In this document: piece by piece, positions 36,547-47,661 of the stretch | How the letters are laid out: every line of letters starts with the position of its first letter | Position numbering within the stretch: the stretch's first letter is position 1 | NCBI GenBank assembly: GCA_026710945.1 | Contig: JAPOQA010000058.1 | Location: 10,688-74,687, forward strand | From: Chloroflexota bacterium | GTDB taxonomy: Bacteria > Chloroflexota > UBA11872 > VXOZ01 | DNA length: 64,000 bases | Reading direction: 5' to 3' | Program-made: the position numbers and the translations under genes | The notes under the pieces: generated by a model | Told to the model about the DNA's origin: nothing | Databases searched by the model: none | The model's input: the letters and a program-made list of their open reading frames with translations, nothing else

Positions 36547-37840
36547 CTGCTTCGCTCTGCAGGTGAATCCCTTGCTTGGTAGCCAGGTACTCCACCTTCC
36601 CCACGAGGTCCCGTATGGTCGAATCCCAGGTAAAGAGAGCCGCCGTCTGCCGCGCGTGGCGCTGTATCTGACGAATTACGTCAGGCTGATTGTGGATGAG
36701 TTGCAGGTAGCTGGCCAGTTCTGCAGGGTCGTCAGTCTCGACAGAGAGGGCATTGTGCAGTTGCACAGCATAGTCTTCGCCGGTAGTTCCCGTAACCACC
36801 ACGGCACCGCACGCCATCGCCTCCAGCCCCACCAGGCCGAATGGTTCATAGCCACTATTGGCGAGTACTGCGTCGGCAGCAGAATAGAAGACTCGCTGCA
36901 GTGCCTCAGGCACAAATTCACAGAGGTTCAATACATCCGCCTCGTCAGCCGCGAGAATCGCATTGAGCGCACCTTCCAAGTCCGAGTTGTCGCTATGGAT
37001 GTCTTGCACCACTAGTCCCAATTCCCTGGCTCGGTGCAGCACGTCACCTCCATGGGGTTCAAGGCCGCCTCGCGCGATGAAGCGCACACGGTGACCGGCG
37101 TGCTTTAGTTGGGCCGCAGCTTCTATTGCCTGGAGCCATCGCTTATCCGGATCGAACCGCCCCATCTTTAGAAGCAAGTAGTCCGCGTCCATACCCTTGC
37201 GAAGCCTTGTCACCGGCCTTTGCGGCACTTTTTCCAACAAGCGGCGGGGAATGCCATTGGGCAGTACGAGCGGATTTAGTCCCCAATCCCATAGCCGGTG
37301 CTTCATAAACCGGCTCACGGTGGTAATAGTGGCAATAAAGCCGAGACGAGGGAGGTCTATGTGGCCGAACCCAAACTCGTTATTAGCGTTCCACAGCAGC
37401 ACACACTGCTGGCGCAGGCCGTTGAAGTGGAGAGAGTCGCTGAGCCGTGACAGCGTTTCCGTCGTGTGCCACTCTTCCGCCATAACAACGGTGATCCGAC
37501 CTTGGTCGGCGGCGGGCCGTACCAGGCGGTCCGTTACGAACCAAGGAACGCTGCTGGCAAAGTCAACGAGCTTGTCCCATTCAGCCTCGTAAGCGCCCGT
37601 TGGGTGTGCGTGGCTAATCCACTGGCACCAGCGATAGAGGTGCAGATTGCCTTCCTCGCGAGTCTCTACAGAAGGCAAGTTGGGATCGCCAATGAAGATC
37701 AGGTGGGTGGTGAAGCCAGCCTGCGCGAGCGCGCGCGCAAGCTCGGTGACGCGAGTGCCGAGTCCCCCGGCTTGCGAGTACCGATCAGGGCCCTCGAAAC
37801 TGAGCAACACAAACTGGGCATTGTCGGGGACGATGCTCAT
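36539..37840 (-). CDS. Glycosyltransferase family 4 (sucrose-phosphate-synthase/alpha-glucosyltransferase-like)
   Basis: LLSFEGPDRYSQAGGLGTRV N-terminal nucleotide-sugar motif. GT-B C-terminal half with GYEPFGLVGLEAMACG. Overlaps the GH57 gene by 8 nt. Confidence 0.7.
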   Translation of the reverse strand: MSIVPDNAQFVLLSFEGPDRYSQAGGLGTRVTELARALAQAGFTTHLIFIGDPNLPSVETREEGNLHLYRWCQWISHAHPTGAYEAEWDKLVDFASSVPWFVTDRLVRPAADQGRITVVMAEEWHTTETLSRLSDSLHFNGLRQQCVLLWNANNEFGFGHIDLPRLGFIATITTVSRFMKHRLWDWGLNPLVLPNGIPRRLLEKVPQRPVTRLRKGMDADYLLLKMGRFDPDKRWLQAIEAAAQLKHAGHRVRFIARGGLEPHGGDVLHRARELGLVVQDIHSDNSDLEGALNAILAADEADVLNLCEFVPEALQRVFYSAADAVLANSGYEPFGLVGLEAMACGAVVVTGTTGEDYAVQLHNALSVETDDPAELASYLQLIHNQPDVIRQIQRHARQTAALFTWDSTIRDLVGKVEYLATKQGIHLQSEADG

Positions 37841-37996
37841 TGCCGCGCCGGCTCCACTTCCTTAAGGATGCCTCTTTGAATCCTTGTGGTCGTGCACCGA
37901 GCTAGGATGGGATTATGTTTGCGCGACCTGCAGCACGTCGGCACGTCGCGACCGTTCCCAGTCGGCGTTCGTGGCATAAGTATAAGACAAGAACGC

Positions 37997-39964
37997 CTAT
38001 ACGTCGAGGTGTTGCACTTCCTTGGCGTGCGCTTGGATGAAACGCTTGCGGGCTTGTGGGTCGTCTCCCATGAGCCGATCGAACACCAAACTGACGGCAG
38101 CCTCGTCTTCCAGCATGACCTGCAAGAGCTTACGGCGGGCCGGGTCCATGGTGGTTTCCCACAGTTGGTCGGCGTTCATTTCACCCAGACCCTTGTAACG
38201 CTGCATGGCGATGTTTGTGCGGTTGAATTGCTTGAGAATGCGGTCGCGCTCATCGTCGTTCCACGCGTAGTGCACATCACGATTGCGAGCAACCCGGTAG
38301 AGCGGCGCCTGGGCGATGTAGAGCCGCTGGTTCGTAATGATCTCGCGCATATAACGGAAAAAGAACGTAAGCAGAAGCGTGCGAATGTGCGCACCGTCAA
38401 CATCGGCATCGGTCATGATGATGACTTTACCGTACCGCAGTTTCGAAATGTCGAACGTCTCGCCGATGCTTGTGCCTAAGGCGGTAACCAGTGCGCGGAT
38501 TTCCGTATTGGACAGCATGCGGTCAAGGTTCGTGCGCTCCGCGTTGAGAATCTTGCCGCGCAGCGGGAGAATGGCCTGGAAGCGGCGTTCCCTGCCTTGT
38601 TTTGCGTTGCCGCCTGCCGAATCACCCTCCACGATGAATATCTCTGCATTCTCCATACTGCGCTCCGAGCAGTCGGCGAGTTTTCCCGGAAGTGTCGAGA
38701 CATCCAAGAAGCCCTTGCGGGACACCATGTCCCGGGCCTTTTGCGCGGCAATGCGCGCGCGGGCGGCGTTCAGGCATTTCTCGATGATGGCCTTGCCTTC
38801 GCTGGGATGCTCTTCCAGATATTGGCCGAGTTTCTCATTGACAGTCGTTTCTACAAAGCGCCGCACTTCGGAGTTGCCGAGTTTGGCCTTGGTCTGCCCC
38901 TCGAATTGCGGGTTAGTAAGCCGCACGCTGATCACAGCCGTCAGTCCGGTGCGCACGTCGTCACCCGTAAGAGAGACATCTTTCTCCTTGATGAGGTTCT
39001 GCTTGCGGGCGTAGTCGTTCAATGTGCGGGTCAGAGCAGAGCGGAACCCGGTCAGGTGCGTGCCGCCGTCCACGTTGTTGATGGTGTTGGCAAAGGCGTA
39101 GATGCGTTCGTCATAGCTCTGGGTGTATTGCAGCGCCGCTTCGAGCTGCAGCGAGTCAGCTTCCCCGGTAAGGAAGATCCCCTCGTTATTGATGATCGTC
39201 TTGCGCCGATTCATTTGATGCACGAAGGCGCGGATCCCGTTCTCAAAGTAGAACGTTAGTTCGCGGGCAGTCCGTTCATCGCGGAACTCGATACGAAGGG
39301 CGGGACAGAGATAGGCGATCTCACGGAAACGCTGTGCCAGCGTATTGAACTCATAGTCAAGCGTCTCCATGATCGTGGAATCGGGGAGAAAGTGGATAGT
39401 GGTACCGTTCCGGTCAGACCTGCCGACCCGCTCTACCTGGCCGAGGGGGGCGCCGCCGCGGTACTCTTGTCGGTAGACGTAGGGCGCTTGATAAACGGTG
39501 GCGACGAGTTTTATCGATAGTGCATTGACAATTGAAACGCCAACGCCGTGGAGTCCGCCGGAGACTTTGTAGCTCTTGCCGCCAAACTTGCCGCCGGCGT
39601 GCAGCCGGGTGAGCACGGTCTCCAAGGCAGATACGCCGGTCTTTTCGTGCACGTCAACCGGAATGCCGCGGCCGTTGTCCTCGATGGTGACGCTGCAATC
39701 CTCGTGTATCGTGATACGAATGCGGTCGCAAAGGCCTGCCAGTGCTTCGTCAACGCTGTTATCCACCACCTCATAGACGAGGTGGTGCAGTCCACGGACG
39801 TCTGTACTGCCAATGAACATACCGGGACGAGTCCGGACCGGTTCCAAGCCTTCCAGCACCTGAATGTCGGCAGCGGTGTAGTCGTTCAAGGCCTCTGCGG
39901 TAGGTTCGTTGTTGGATTCTAGCATCGCCGCACTAGCATTAGCTTCTATAGTGTTCTTTGCCAT
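37997..39964 (-). CDS. gyrB: Type IIA topoisomerase ATPase subunit (DNA gyrase subunit B, or ParE)
   Basis: GHKL ATPase motifs (LHHLVYEVVDNSVDEALAG, GLHGVGVSIVNALS), Toprim EGDSAGG, C-terminal PLRGKILN. 655 aa lacks the proteobacterial insert. gyrB versus parE cannot be resolved from sequence alone. Confidence 0.8.
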   Translation of the reverse strand: MAKNTIEANASAAMLESNNEPTAEALNDYTAADIQVLEGLEPVRTRPGMFIGSTDVRGLHHLVYEVVDNSVDEALAGLCDRIRITIHEDCSVTIEDNGRGIPVDVHEKTGVSALETVLTRLHAGGKFGGKSYKVSGGLHGVGVSIVNALSIKLVATVYQAPYVYRQEYRGGAPLGQVERVGRSDRNGTTIHFLPDSTIMETLDYEFNTLAQRFREIAYLCPALRIEFRDERTARELTFYFENGIRAFVHQMNRRKTIINNEGIFLTGEADSLQLEAALQYTQSYDERIYAFANTINNVDGGTHLTGFRSALTRTLNDYARKQNLIKEKDVSLTGDDVRTGLTAVISVRLTNPQFEGQTKAKLGNSEVRRFVETTVNEKLGQYLEEHPSEGKAIIEKCLNAARARIAAQKARDMVSRKGFLDVSTLPGKLADCSERSMENAEIFIVEGDSAGGNAKQGRERRFQAILPLRGKILNAERTNLDRMLSNTEIRALVTALGTSIGETFDISKLRYGKVIIMTDADVDGAHIRTLLLTFFFRYMREIITNQRLYIAQAPLYRVARNRDVHYAWNDDERDRILKQFNRTNIAMQRYKGLGEMNADQLWETTMDPARRKLLQVMLEDEAAVSLVFDRLMGDDPQARKRFIQAHAKEVQHLDV

Positions 39965-39997
39965 AGATTTCCCTTCGCGAAAGAGTAACTTGGACTG

Positions 39998-40924
39998 CTA
40001 CGCAGAACTAGGATCCCCACGATGAATGAGTAGTCGATTCCACACATACATGAACAAAGCGATCGTCACCCAGGTCCCCACGTATGCGTTTCCAATGGTT
40101 GCGATGATTCTTCCGATACTGATACTCAGGATTTCCCAGCCTAGAATTGGCCCCCAAAGAATGCTGGTCCCAAAGACGATGAGCCAATAGAGGAAGAAGA
40201 AACCGACTGATGACCACAAGTTTGCATGGATCACGTCCAGTGTCAGCCGAATCACCTTTGGCAGACTCTGGCGCACTAGCGCAACGCTATCCACGATGAA
40301 GAAGACATAGAACGCGACCCAGAGTAGCAGGGCCACCGCCAGCAAGAGCAGCAACGCTCCAATTAACGGTACCAACGAGAGCATGAGACTGGCGACGGCG
40401 AATGGTACCAACGTTGCTACCAGCATGACTCCGACAAGCCCCCCAAGTCGATTGGTCAACCGCAGGACACGGGGCAGGAGAACCTCCCAAGGCAGTGCAC
40501 TTTGTTGCACTTCCGCTGCAATCAGGGCAAGGTAGGTACCACCAAGCAAGAAACTGACCGGAAGAAGGAGTACGAGGGCTAACAGGAACTGTTGGAACGA
40601 ATCCAAGACAATCGTAGCGCCCGGTCCCTCCCCGGATACGGCGACACCAAGCGAAGGCACCCAAATCCCAAGAATAAGCGAGAGCAGGTTCGACTGGCTG
40701 ACTATTGTGAAGATATTCGCGCTCTCAGGGCTTGCGCCCGCTTCCAAAGTTGAGGGGGAACCTTCCGCCAGTGGAAGAAGCTCCGCTCCCAGCATTATGC
40801 GCGGCCCAAACCAAATTAACAGGTCTATTCCGATCGGCAAGAGTACCAGCCATAGGCGCCGATTGAGGAGAGAACCGGACTCTGCCAGGGCGTCGATGGG
40901 TCTGAGTGTGTGTAGGTCATTCAC
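39998..40924 (-). CDS. Hypothetical polytopic membrane protein
   Basis: At least 7 hydrophobic helices; no recognisable motif. Confidence 0.45.
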   Translation of the reverse strand: MNDLHTLRPIDALAESGSLLNRRLWLVLLPIGIDLLIWFGPRIMLGAELLPLAEGSPSTLEAGASPESANIFTIVSQSNLLSLILGIWVPSLGVAVSGEGPGATIVLDSFQQFLLALVLLLPVSFLLGGTYLALIAAEVQQSALPWEVLLPRVLRLTNRLGGLVGVMLVATLVPFAVASLMLSLVPLIGALLLLLAVALLLWVAFYVFFIVDSVALVRQSLPKVIRLTLDVIHANLWSSVGFFFLYWLIVFGTSILWGPILGWEILSISIGRIIATIGNAYVGTWVTIALFMYVWNRLLIHRGDPSSA

Positions 40925-41052
40925 TGTACTATTATAGCAGTTTTGGGCGATAGTCTCAATGCGTCAAGTGTTTACATGCCAGTAACGACGGGGAGAATCG
41001 GCCTCCGTTATATCCGTTCGGTCTTAGGGTGGAAACAGGAGGAGGGAGATAG

Positions 41053-41967
41053 ATGCGTGTGATCATCGCGGGTGGCAGCGGCTTGATCGGTCGTGCGCTG
41101 ACTCATCACCTGTGCGCGCAAGGCCATTCCGCCGTTGTCTTATCCAGGCAGCCATTGAAGGTGCCGAAGCTTCCTGATGGCGCCGATGTCGCATACTGGG
41201 ACGGCAGCGGCAGCGAAGGCTTGGTCGATCTGGTAGACGGCGCGCACGCGGTGGTAAACCTTGCCGGGGAGAGCATTGCCGGCAGGCGCTGGACACCTGC
41301 GCAGAAACGAAGATTGCGTGATAGCCGGATACGGTCTACCAGCGGAATAGTGGCCGCAATCCGCGCTGCGCCGCGGCAGCCGGCCGTGCTCCTCCAGGCC
41401 TCCGCAGTGGGCTATTACGGGAATACCGGCAAGGAAGTAGATGAGCAGCAGGCGCCGGGGTCCGACTTTCTCGCCGAATTGTCTCAGGAGTGGGAACACG
41501 CATCAGCGGCGGTCGAAGAGTCATCGACACGGCGGGTGCTGCTGCGCATGGGGGTTTCCCTGAGTATGGAAGGCGGTATGCTGCCGCGCGTGGCGCTGCC
41601 GTTTCGCTTCTTCGCGGGGGGCGCCCTGGGCACCGGCCGCCAGTGGGTGCCCTGGATACACATCGAGGATACGGTGCGGGCAATTGCGTTTCTCTTAACA
41701 CATGACCATATCTCGGGGCCCGTGAATGTGTGTGCGCCCCAACCTGTGCGGTTTGCTGACTTTGCCAGCGCCGTGGGGCGAACATTGAGGCGTCCGTCGC
41801 TCTTCCGTGTGCCTCCTTGGGCTCTCCGCCTTGGCATGGGCGAAATGGCGGACATAGTGTTGCACGGGCAACGCGCGGTGCCCGCGCGGTTGACTGGCGC
41901 CGGGTTCGAGTTTCGGTATCCTGTTGTTGAGGACGCATTGAGCGCTATCCTGCGCGCAGAGACCTAA
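41053..41967 (+). CDS. TIGR01777-family NAD-dependent epimerase/dehydratase (YfcH-like, DUF1731 C-terminus)
   Basis: MRVIIAGGSGLIGRALTHHL Rossmann motif; C-terminal WV...IHIED and DUF1731-like tail. Confidence 0.75.
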   Translation: MRVIIAGGSGLIGRALTHHLCAQGHSAVVLSRQPLKVPKLPDGADVAYWDGSGSEGLVDLVDGAHAVVNLAGESIAGRRWTPAQKRRLRDSRIRSTSGIVAAIRAAPRQPAVLLQASAVGYYGNTGKEVDEQQAPGSDFLAELSQEWEHASAAVEESSTRRVLLRMGVSLSMEGGMLPRVALPFRFFAGGALGTGRQWVPWIHIEDTVRAIAFLLTHDHISGPVNVCAPQPVRFADFASAVGRTLRRPSLFRVPPWALRLGMGEMADIVLHGQRAVPARLTGAGFEFRYPVVEDALSAILRAET

Positions 41968-42028
41968 GCGCCTGACCCGTGTATAGTGCGCTTTTTACCA
42001 GTGTACGCTCAATTCTCTTGGACAAGGC

Positions 42029-42052
42029 GTAGCGCGGGGGCTTGTCCCCCGC
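42029..42052. repeat. Solo copy of the GC hairpin element GTAGCGCGGGGGCTTGTCCCCCGC
   Basis: Identical to 27128-27151 and reverse-complementary to 22961-22984 and 43351-43374. Sits downstream of the epimerase gene, so it is a probable terminator. Confidence 0.5.
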
Positions 42053-42181
42053 CTCTTGGCCCAGGAAGCAAATGCCATATCGGGCAAGGTGCTTAGGTGC
42101 TGATGCATGCGCCGAATAGTCGCTGCGCGCCGGCGACGTATATGCGGTATGGTACCGCTGTGAGCCATTGAAGAACTCGAA

Positions 42182-43303
42182 ATGAGGTTAGCTAACATGA
42201 ATGCACGCTCTGCAGAGGCCAGGTTTCTCTATGTCGGCACGTTTACCGGCGTCGACGATCACGGTGGCGGAGCGGAAGGGATCTACGTCTGCCGGATGAA
42301 CATGACTACCGGCGCTGTGGAGTTAGTTCACACGGTGCCGGACGTGCCGAATCCATCATATCTCGCGCTCCATCCGGAGCTCCCCGTGCTATATGCGGTG
42401 AACGCGGTTCCTGAGATTGACGGGCATGCTGGCGGCGCGGTGAGCACGTTTGCGGTGGACCACGCGACCGGCGGGCTTGAGTTTATCAACCGGCAGTCGT
42501 CCCAGGGCGCTGGTCCCTGCCACGTGAGCGTAGAGCAGACCGGCAAATACGTTATTACCGCGAACTATACGGGCGGAAGTGTGGCGATCCTGCCTATCAC
42601 GGAGGATTGGCGTTTGGGTCCGGCAACGGACTGGGTGCAGCATGTAGGCTCGAGTGTGAATCCTGATCGTCAAGGAGAGCCTCACGGGCACTCATTCACG
42701 CCCGATCCCGCAAACCGTTTTGCCCTGGCGTGTGATCTTGGTCTAGATCAGGTGCTCGTCTATGGGCTGGACCTGGAGAACGGAAAGCTGCCGCCGGCTG
42801 ACCCGCCGTTTGCTACGGTGCACGCAGGCGCCGGGCCGCGTCACCTTGACTTTCATCCCAACGGCCGCACAGTCTACGTGATCAATGAAATCGGTAACAC
42901 TATGACGGTCTTCGCGTACGATCAAGTACGCGGTGCGATGAATGAGCTGCAGACAATCCCCACACTGCCGCCGGACTTCGAGCCAACAAGCCATACCGCC
43001 GACGTGCATGTGCACCCGAATGGGAAATTTGTCTATGGTTCCAATCGCGGACATGACAGCATTGTCATCTACGGGGTGAACGATGCAGACGGCACGCTCA
43101 CGCTTATCGGTCACCAATCCACGCTCGGCGAAGTACCGCGCAATTTTGTCATCGATCCGACGGGCACGTTCTTGCTGGCGGCAAACCAGGATACGGACTC
43201 AATCGTCACGTTCCGGATAGACGCAGAATCAGGGGAGCTCAAACCCACGGGACACGTTGCCTCGGTGCCGACACCGGTCTGCTTGAAGTTCGCGACGCCA
43301 TGA
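42182..43303 (+). CDS. Lactonase-family 7-bladed beta-propeller protein (6-phosphogluconolactonase/3-carboxymuconate-cyclase-like)
   Basis: LYVGTFTG...GIYVCRMN...NPSYLALHP...LYAVNA pattern recurring seven times. The true start may be MNARSA, 5 codons in. Confidence 0.75.
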   Translation: MRLANMNARSAEARFLYVGTFTGVDDHGGGAEGIYVCRMNMTTGAVELVHTVPDVPNPSYLALHPELPVLYAVNAVPEIDGHAGGAVSTFAVDHATGGLEFINRQSSQGAGPCHVSVEQTGKYVITANYTGGSVAILPITEDWRLGPATDWVQHVGSSVNPDRQGEPHGHSFTPDPANRFALACDLGLDQVLVYGLDLENGKLPPADPPFATVHAGAGPRHLDFHPNGRTVYVINEIGNTMTVFAYDQVRGAMNELQTIPTLPPDFEPTSHTADVHVHPNGKFVYGSNRGHDSIVIYGVNDADGTLTLIGHQSTLGEVPRNFVIDPTGTFLLAANQDTDSIVTFRIDAESGELKPTGHVASVPTPVCLKFATP

Positions 43304-43350
43304 CGTTCTTGGCACTCTGAGCTGCTCTACCGAATTCGCGTTTTCGTTTG

Positions 43351-43490
43351 GACGGGAATGCGGGGGACAAGCCCCCGCGCTACGGCTGGTCAATGAATCA
43401 CGAGTATGCGCTGCAAGCGCTCCTTAACCGAGTCGAGACGCATAGAGAGAGATGACCCCTAGCCCGTTACTCCCGCGAAAGCAGGAATCC
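43351..43490. repeat. Repeat nest: GC hairpin element (43351-43374) plus degenerate ATTCCC-N8-GGGAAT-like segment homologous to 22895-22960
   Basis: Compare GTTACTCCCGCGAAAGCAGGAATCCATC...CCCGTCAG with GTCATTCCCGCGAGAGCGGGAATCCATC...CCCGTCAG. Confidence 0.5.
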
Positions 43491-43595
43491 ATCTGATGTT
43501 CTGCGAGGGGATCGAGAGATCCGGCGCGCCAAGAGACGGCATCCCGTCAGTGGCATGGTAGTCTCTTCGCTTCGTTGCGGAGCGAAGATGGAGAT

Positions 43596-44435
43596 TTACC
43601 GGCCCATGGTCTCGGTCTGTCTCACACTATGCTCCGGTCGAGAGGCGATTTCTCGATGCAAGTCGCGCAACGGGAACACCGGACCGTCGCGACAGACGCG
43701 CTGGTAGCCGCGGGGTGTCGTGACGACGCACCCGAGACAGACCCCCATGGCGCAGCCCATCTGGTTCTCTAACGAGACCTGGATGGGCTTTTTGCTGTTC
43801 CAGCCCCAAGCGCGTGCTTGATATGCTGCGTCTATTGCCGCGATCATCGGCCACGGGCCGCAGACGTAGACGGCGTCACTCCAGAGATAGTATTCGGCAA
43901 TGAGATCCGTTACGTGACCGTGATGGCCTGCCGAACCATCTTCGGTTGCCAGCACGTACTCCACTTCAGGCGGCACGTATTCGGCAGGGAGATGGCGGGC
44001 GGCGGTGCGGGCGCCCGCCAGCAATGTGACGGTGTAGCCCTGCGCAATCATCGTCTCCGCCAAAAAGACCAACGGTGCTATGCCGATGCCGCCCCCAATC
44101 ATCAGGAGATTGCTTTGGTTGGGCGGCGTGGTGAAAGTCTTGCCCAAGGGGCCAAGCTGCAGGATTTCATCACTGGCTCGCCGGTTCTGGAGGATTTCCG
44201 TGCCGCGTCCGACCACTTGATAGAGGATGTCGAGCGTGCCCGCTTCCCGGTCCACCGTCAGCATGCTGAAGGGACGCAGCAGGAGCGGATCGATGCCGTC
44301 ACCGCAACGCACGTGGACGAATTGCGCGGGTTGGCACTGCGCGGCAATCTGCGGCGAGTGCAGCCGGACTATCAAGAGACCGTCAGCGACGGGCTCGTTG
44401 GAAATGACCCTCGCTCGTTCTTGAACAACGCTCAT
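43596..44435 (-). CDS. pyrK: Dihydroorotate dehydrogenase electron-transfer subunit PyrK
   Basis: FNR-like FAD/NAD domains and C-terminal 2Fe-2S motif CAMGVCLGCVV. Start set at MSVVQERARV, 25 nt after the carB stop. Confidence 0.8.
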   Translation of the reverse strand: MSVVQERARVISNEPVADGLLIVRLHSPQIAAQCQPAQFVHVRCGDGIDPLLLRPFSMLTVDREAGTLDILYQVVGRGTEILQNRRASDEILQLGPLGKTFTTPPNQSNLLMIGGGIGIAPLVFLAETMIAQGYTVTLLAGARTAARHLPAEYVPPEVEYVLATEDGSAGHHGHVTDLIAEYYLWSDAVYVCGPWPMIAAIDAAYQARAWGWNSKKPIQVSLENQMGCAMGVCLGCVVTTPRGYQRVCRDGPVFPLRDLHREIASRPEHSVRQTETMGR

Positions 44436-44460
44436 AGCAAACGCAAGTCTTGCTCTTCCA

Positions 44461-47400
44461 TCAACTTTGATCGCGATACGCCCACAGGGGCCGCACTTGA
44501 TAGGCATCCTGCTGCAGCGAAAGCGCAGTTGCCAGAGCGCGGGACGTGTCTAGCGACGTCAGGCAAGGAATTTGGCGCTCGACGGCGGCTCGACGGATAA
44601 AGAAACCGTCCTGCAGCACCGCGCGTCCCCCGGTGAGCGAGTTTATGACGGCTTGCACTTCGCCCTCCCGAATTACCGACACCACGTTGGGCGTGCCTTG
44701 CAGGCGTTTGCTGATCATGCGTACGGGAATGCCCATCGACTCCAACATGGCGGCGGTACCTTCGGTAGCCATGAACTTGTACCCGGCAGCGGCAAGTTGG
44801 CGCACGATGGGATGGATGGCGTCTTTGTCGGCATCGGCGATGGAGAGCAAGAACGTGCCGCCCGCGGGCACATTCAGCCCGGAAGCCACCATCGCCTTAT
44901 AGAGCGCTGCTTCGAAGGTGACGTCCACTCCCATTACTTCACCGGTGGATTTCATCTCGGGTCCCACTGATGTTTCCACGCCGCGCAGCTTTGCCATGCT
45001 GAACACCGGCGCTTTCACGGCGACCAGAGGTTGCTTGGGCCGGAGGCCGCTACCGTAGCCCATGTCTTCCAGTGATTTGCCGAGCATGGTGAGTGTGGCA
45101 AGGCGCACCATGGGCACGTCGGTTACTTTGCTGAGGAAGGGCACCGTGCGGCTTGACCGCGGATTTACTTCAAGCACGAAAACCTCGTCTTGGAAGATCA
45201 CATACTGGATGTTTACCAGCCCCAAGACACCCAGCTCCAGGCAGATGCGCGTCGTGTAGTCAACGATGGTTTGTTCTAAGTGTTCGTGAAGGTCTCGGGG
45301 CGGATAGACGGCAAAACTATCGCCCGAATGCACACCGGCGCGTTCGATATGCTCCATGACGCCGGGTATGAGCACTGTCTTTCCGTCGCAAATTGCGTCT
45401 ACCTCGACTTCCTTGCCTTGGAGGTACTTGTCGACTAGGACGGGATGTCGTGTAGAGAGCTGCACGGCAGTTGCCACATAGCTCTTGAGGTCTTCCGGCG
45501 TATTTACGATTTCCATTGCCCGGCCTCCGAGCACATACGAGGGCCGCACGAGCACCGGATAGCCGATGTTTGAAGCAACGGAAAGAGCATCATCAACGTT
45601 GGTCACGGCGGCGCCGGGAGGCTGCGGGATGCCAAGCCGGTCCAGGAACGCCTCGAATTTGCGGCGGTCTTCAGCGAGGTCGATCGCGGACACGCCGCTT
45701 CCCGCCAGTGTGACGTTCTCCATGGTAAGCGGTTCGGCGAGATTGATGGCCGTCTGCCCGCCAAATTGCACAATGGTTGGCGGCACGCCCTCGTTATCGA
45801 GGACATTCAGGACACTCTCCGTGTCCAGCGGTTCAAAGTAGAGGCGATCGGACGTATCGAAGTCGGTGGATACGGTCTCGGGATTGCTATTTACCATGAT
45901 GCTCTGCACGCCTGCGCTGTCGAGCGCCCATGCCGCATGAACGGAGCAATAGTCGAATTCAATGCCCTGGCCGATGCGGATCGGCCCGGAACCAACTACG
46001 GCGGCTCTTGCCGCTGTCAAGGACGGCGCATCGTTTTCAATCTCGTACGTACTGTAGAAGTACGGCGTTCGAGCTTCAAATTCGGCGGCGCAGGTATCTA
46101 CCATCTTGTACACCGGCACGATGCCCCACTGTTTCCGCATCTCGCGCACACGTGTCGGGAGCACATCGGCCAAGGTGCCGACTTGGGAGTCGGCAAACCC
46201 TAGTCGCTTCGCCTCCCAGAGCAAACCCGGTGTGAGCGGTTCGGCCAGGAGGCGCTGTTCCATGTCGCGGATAGCAGCCAGTTTATGGATGAAGAACGGG
46301 TCGATGTGGGAGCGGCGGGAGACTTCCTCAATGCTAACTTCGCGCCGCAACGCGCTCATGATTGCCCAAAGTCGCAGATCGCTGGCTTCCGTGATGTGCC
46401 CCCAGATGGCTTCCGGTTCTCCTTGCCACTGTTCGTCTTCCCACATGAGACTGCGATCGCCGATTTCGAGGCCGCGCACCGCCTTTTGCAGCGCAGCCTC
46501 CAAGGTGCGGTCAATGGCCATTACTTCGCCGGTGGACTTCATCTGCGTGCCCAGCATGCGGTCACCCGACGGAAACTTGTCGAACGGCCAGCGCGGAATT
46601 TTGACCACGACGTAGTCAAGGGCCGGTTCGAACGCAGCGGTGGTCTTCTCCGTGATAGGATTCGGCAGCTTGTCAAGGGTACGGCCAATAGCGATCTTGG
46701 CCGCCATGCGCGCAATCGGGTAGCCGGTTGCCTTAGACGCCAAAGCGGATGAGCGACTTACACGAGGATTAACTTCGATAACGCGATAGGCAAATGAATG
46801 GGGGTCCAGCGCCAACTGCACGTTGCACCCCCCCTCAATGCCCAACGACCGAATGATGTTGAGCGACGCGGTACGAAGCATCTGATATTCACGGTCGCTT
46901 AAGGTCTGGCTTGGCGCGACCACTATTGAATCACCGGTATGCACGCCCATGGGGTCGAAATTCTCCATGTTGCACACGGTGATGCAGTTGTCCGCGCTAT
47001 CGCGCATGACTTCGTATTCGATTTCTTTCCAGCCGAGCAAGTACTCCTCCACCAGCACCTGGTTGATTGGACTGGCGGAAAGGCCGCCTGCAACTACCGT
47101 TTGCACCTCTGCAGCCGTACGGGCGATGCCGCCGCCGGTGCCCCCCAGCGTATAGGCAGGCCTGATGACGACGGGCATCCCAATAGTAGCCACGAATGCT
47201 TCCGCTTCTTGCACGGAGTGGACAGTCTTGCTGGCGGGAATGGGTTCGCCGATCTGAGTCATGGTTTGCCGGAAGAGTTCTCGATCTTCCGCTTTCCGGA
47301 TCGCTGATAAGGGCGTGCCCAGCAGTCGCACATCATACTTTTCCAAGACTTCCGCTTCGGCCAAAGCTACGGCGAGATTGAGACCGGTCTGGCCGCCGAG

Positions 47401-47661
47401 CGTGGGGATGAGTCCGTCGGGCCGCTCGTGCGCAATGATGCGCTCGATGACGGGAACGGTGAGCGGCTCGATGTAGACTACGTCGGCGATGTCCTCATCG
47501 GTCATAATCGTCGCGGGATTGGAGTTGACGAGAACGGAGGTCACGCCTTCTTCGCGCATGGCCTTGCATGCCTGCGTTCCGGCGTAGTCAAACTCAGCGG
47601 CCTGGCCGATGATGATTGGGCCTGAACCGACAATTAGTACCTTGGATGGTCTATTCGTCAT
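44461..47661 (-). CDS. carB: Carbamoyl-phosphate synthase large subunit
   Basis: 1066 aa; duplicated ATP-grasp halves ([25 protein letters not shown] and [23 protein letters not shown]); MGS-like C-terminus. Confidence 0.95.
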   Translation of the reverse strand: MTNRPSKVLIVGSGPIIIGQAAEFDYAGTQACKAMREEGVTSVLVNSNPATIMTDEDIADVVYIEPLTVPVIERIIAHERPDGLIPTLGGQTGLNLAVALAEAEVLEKYDVRLLGTPLSAIRKAEDRELFRQTMTQIGEPIPASKTVHSVQEAEAFVATIGMPVVIRPAYTLGGTGGGIARTAAEVQTVVAGGLSASPINQVLVEEYLLGWKEIEYEVMRDSADNCITVCNMENFDPMGVHTGDSIVVAPSQTLSDREYQMLRTASLNIIRSLGIEGGCNVQLALDPHSFAYRVIEVNPRVSRSSALASKATGYPIARMAAKIAIGRTLDKLPNPITEKTTAAFEPALDYVVVKIPRWPFDKFPSGDRMLGTQMKSTGEVMAIDRTLEAALQKAVRGLEIGDRSLMWEDEQWQGEPEAIWGHITEASDLRLWAIMSALRREVSIEEVSRRSHIDPFFIHKLAAIRDMEQRLLAEPLTPGLLWEAKRLGFADSQVGTLADVLPTRVREMRKQWGIVPVYKMVDTCAAEFEARTPYFYSTYEIENDAPSLTAARAAVVGSGPIRIGQGIEFDYCSVHAAWALDSAGVQSIMVNSNPETVSTDFDTSDRLYFEPLDTESVLNVLDNEGVPPTIVQFGGQTAINLAEPLTMENVTLAGSGVSAIDLAEDRRKFEAFLDRLGIPQPPGAAVTNVDDALSVASNIGYPVLVRPSYVLGGRAMEIVNTPEDLKSYVATAVQLSTRHPVLVDKYLQGKEVEVDAICDGKTVLIPGVMEHIERAGVHSGDSFAVYPPRDLHEHLEQTIVDYTTRICLELGVLGLVNIQYVIFQDEVFVLEVNPRSSRTVPFLSKVTDVPMVRLATLTMLGKSLEDMGYGSGLRPKQPLVAVKAPVFSMAKLRGVETSVGPEMKSTGEVMGVDVTFEAALYKAMVASGLNVPAGGTFLLSIADADKDAIHPIVRQLAAAGYKFMATEGTAAMLESMGIPVRMISKRLQGTPNVVSVIREGEVQAVINSLTGGRAVLQDGFFIRRAAVERQIPCLTSLDTSRALATALSLQQDAYQVRPLWAYRDQS

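Noticed and set aside
37997-39964. Confident assignment as GyrB rather than ParE
   Set aside because: Length and motifs fit both paralogues, and gyrA/parC is not adjacent. It is reported as a type IIA B subunit with gyrB as the tentative symbol.
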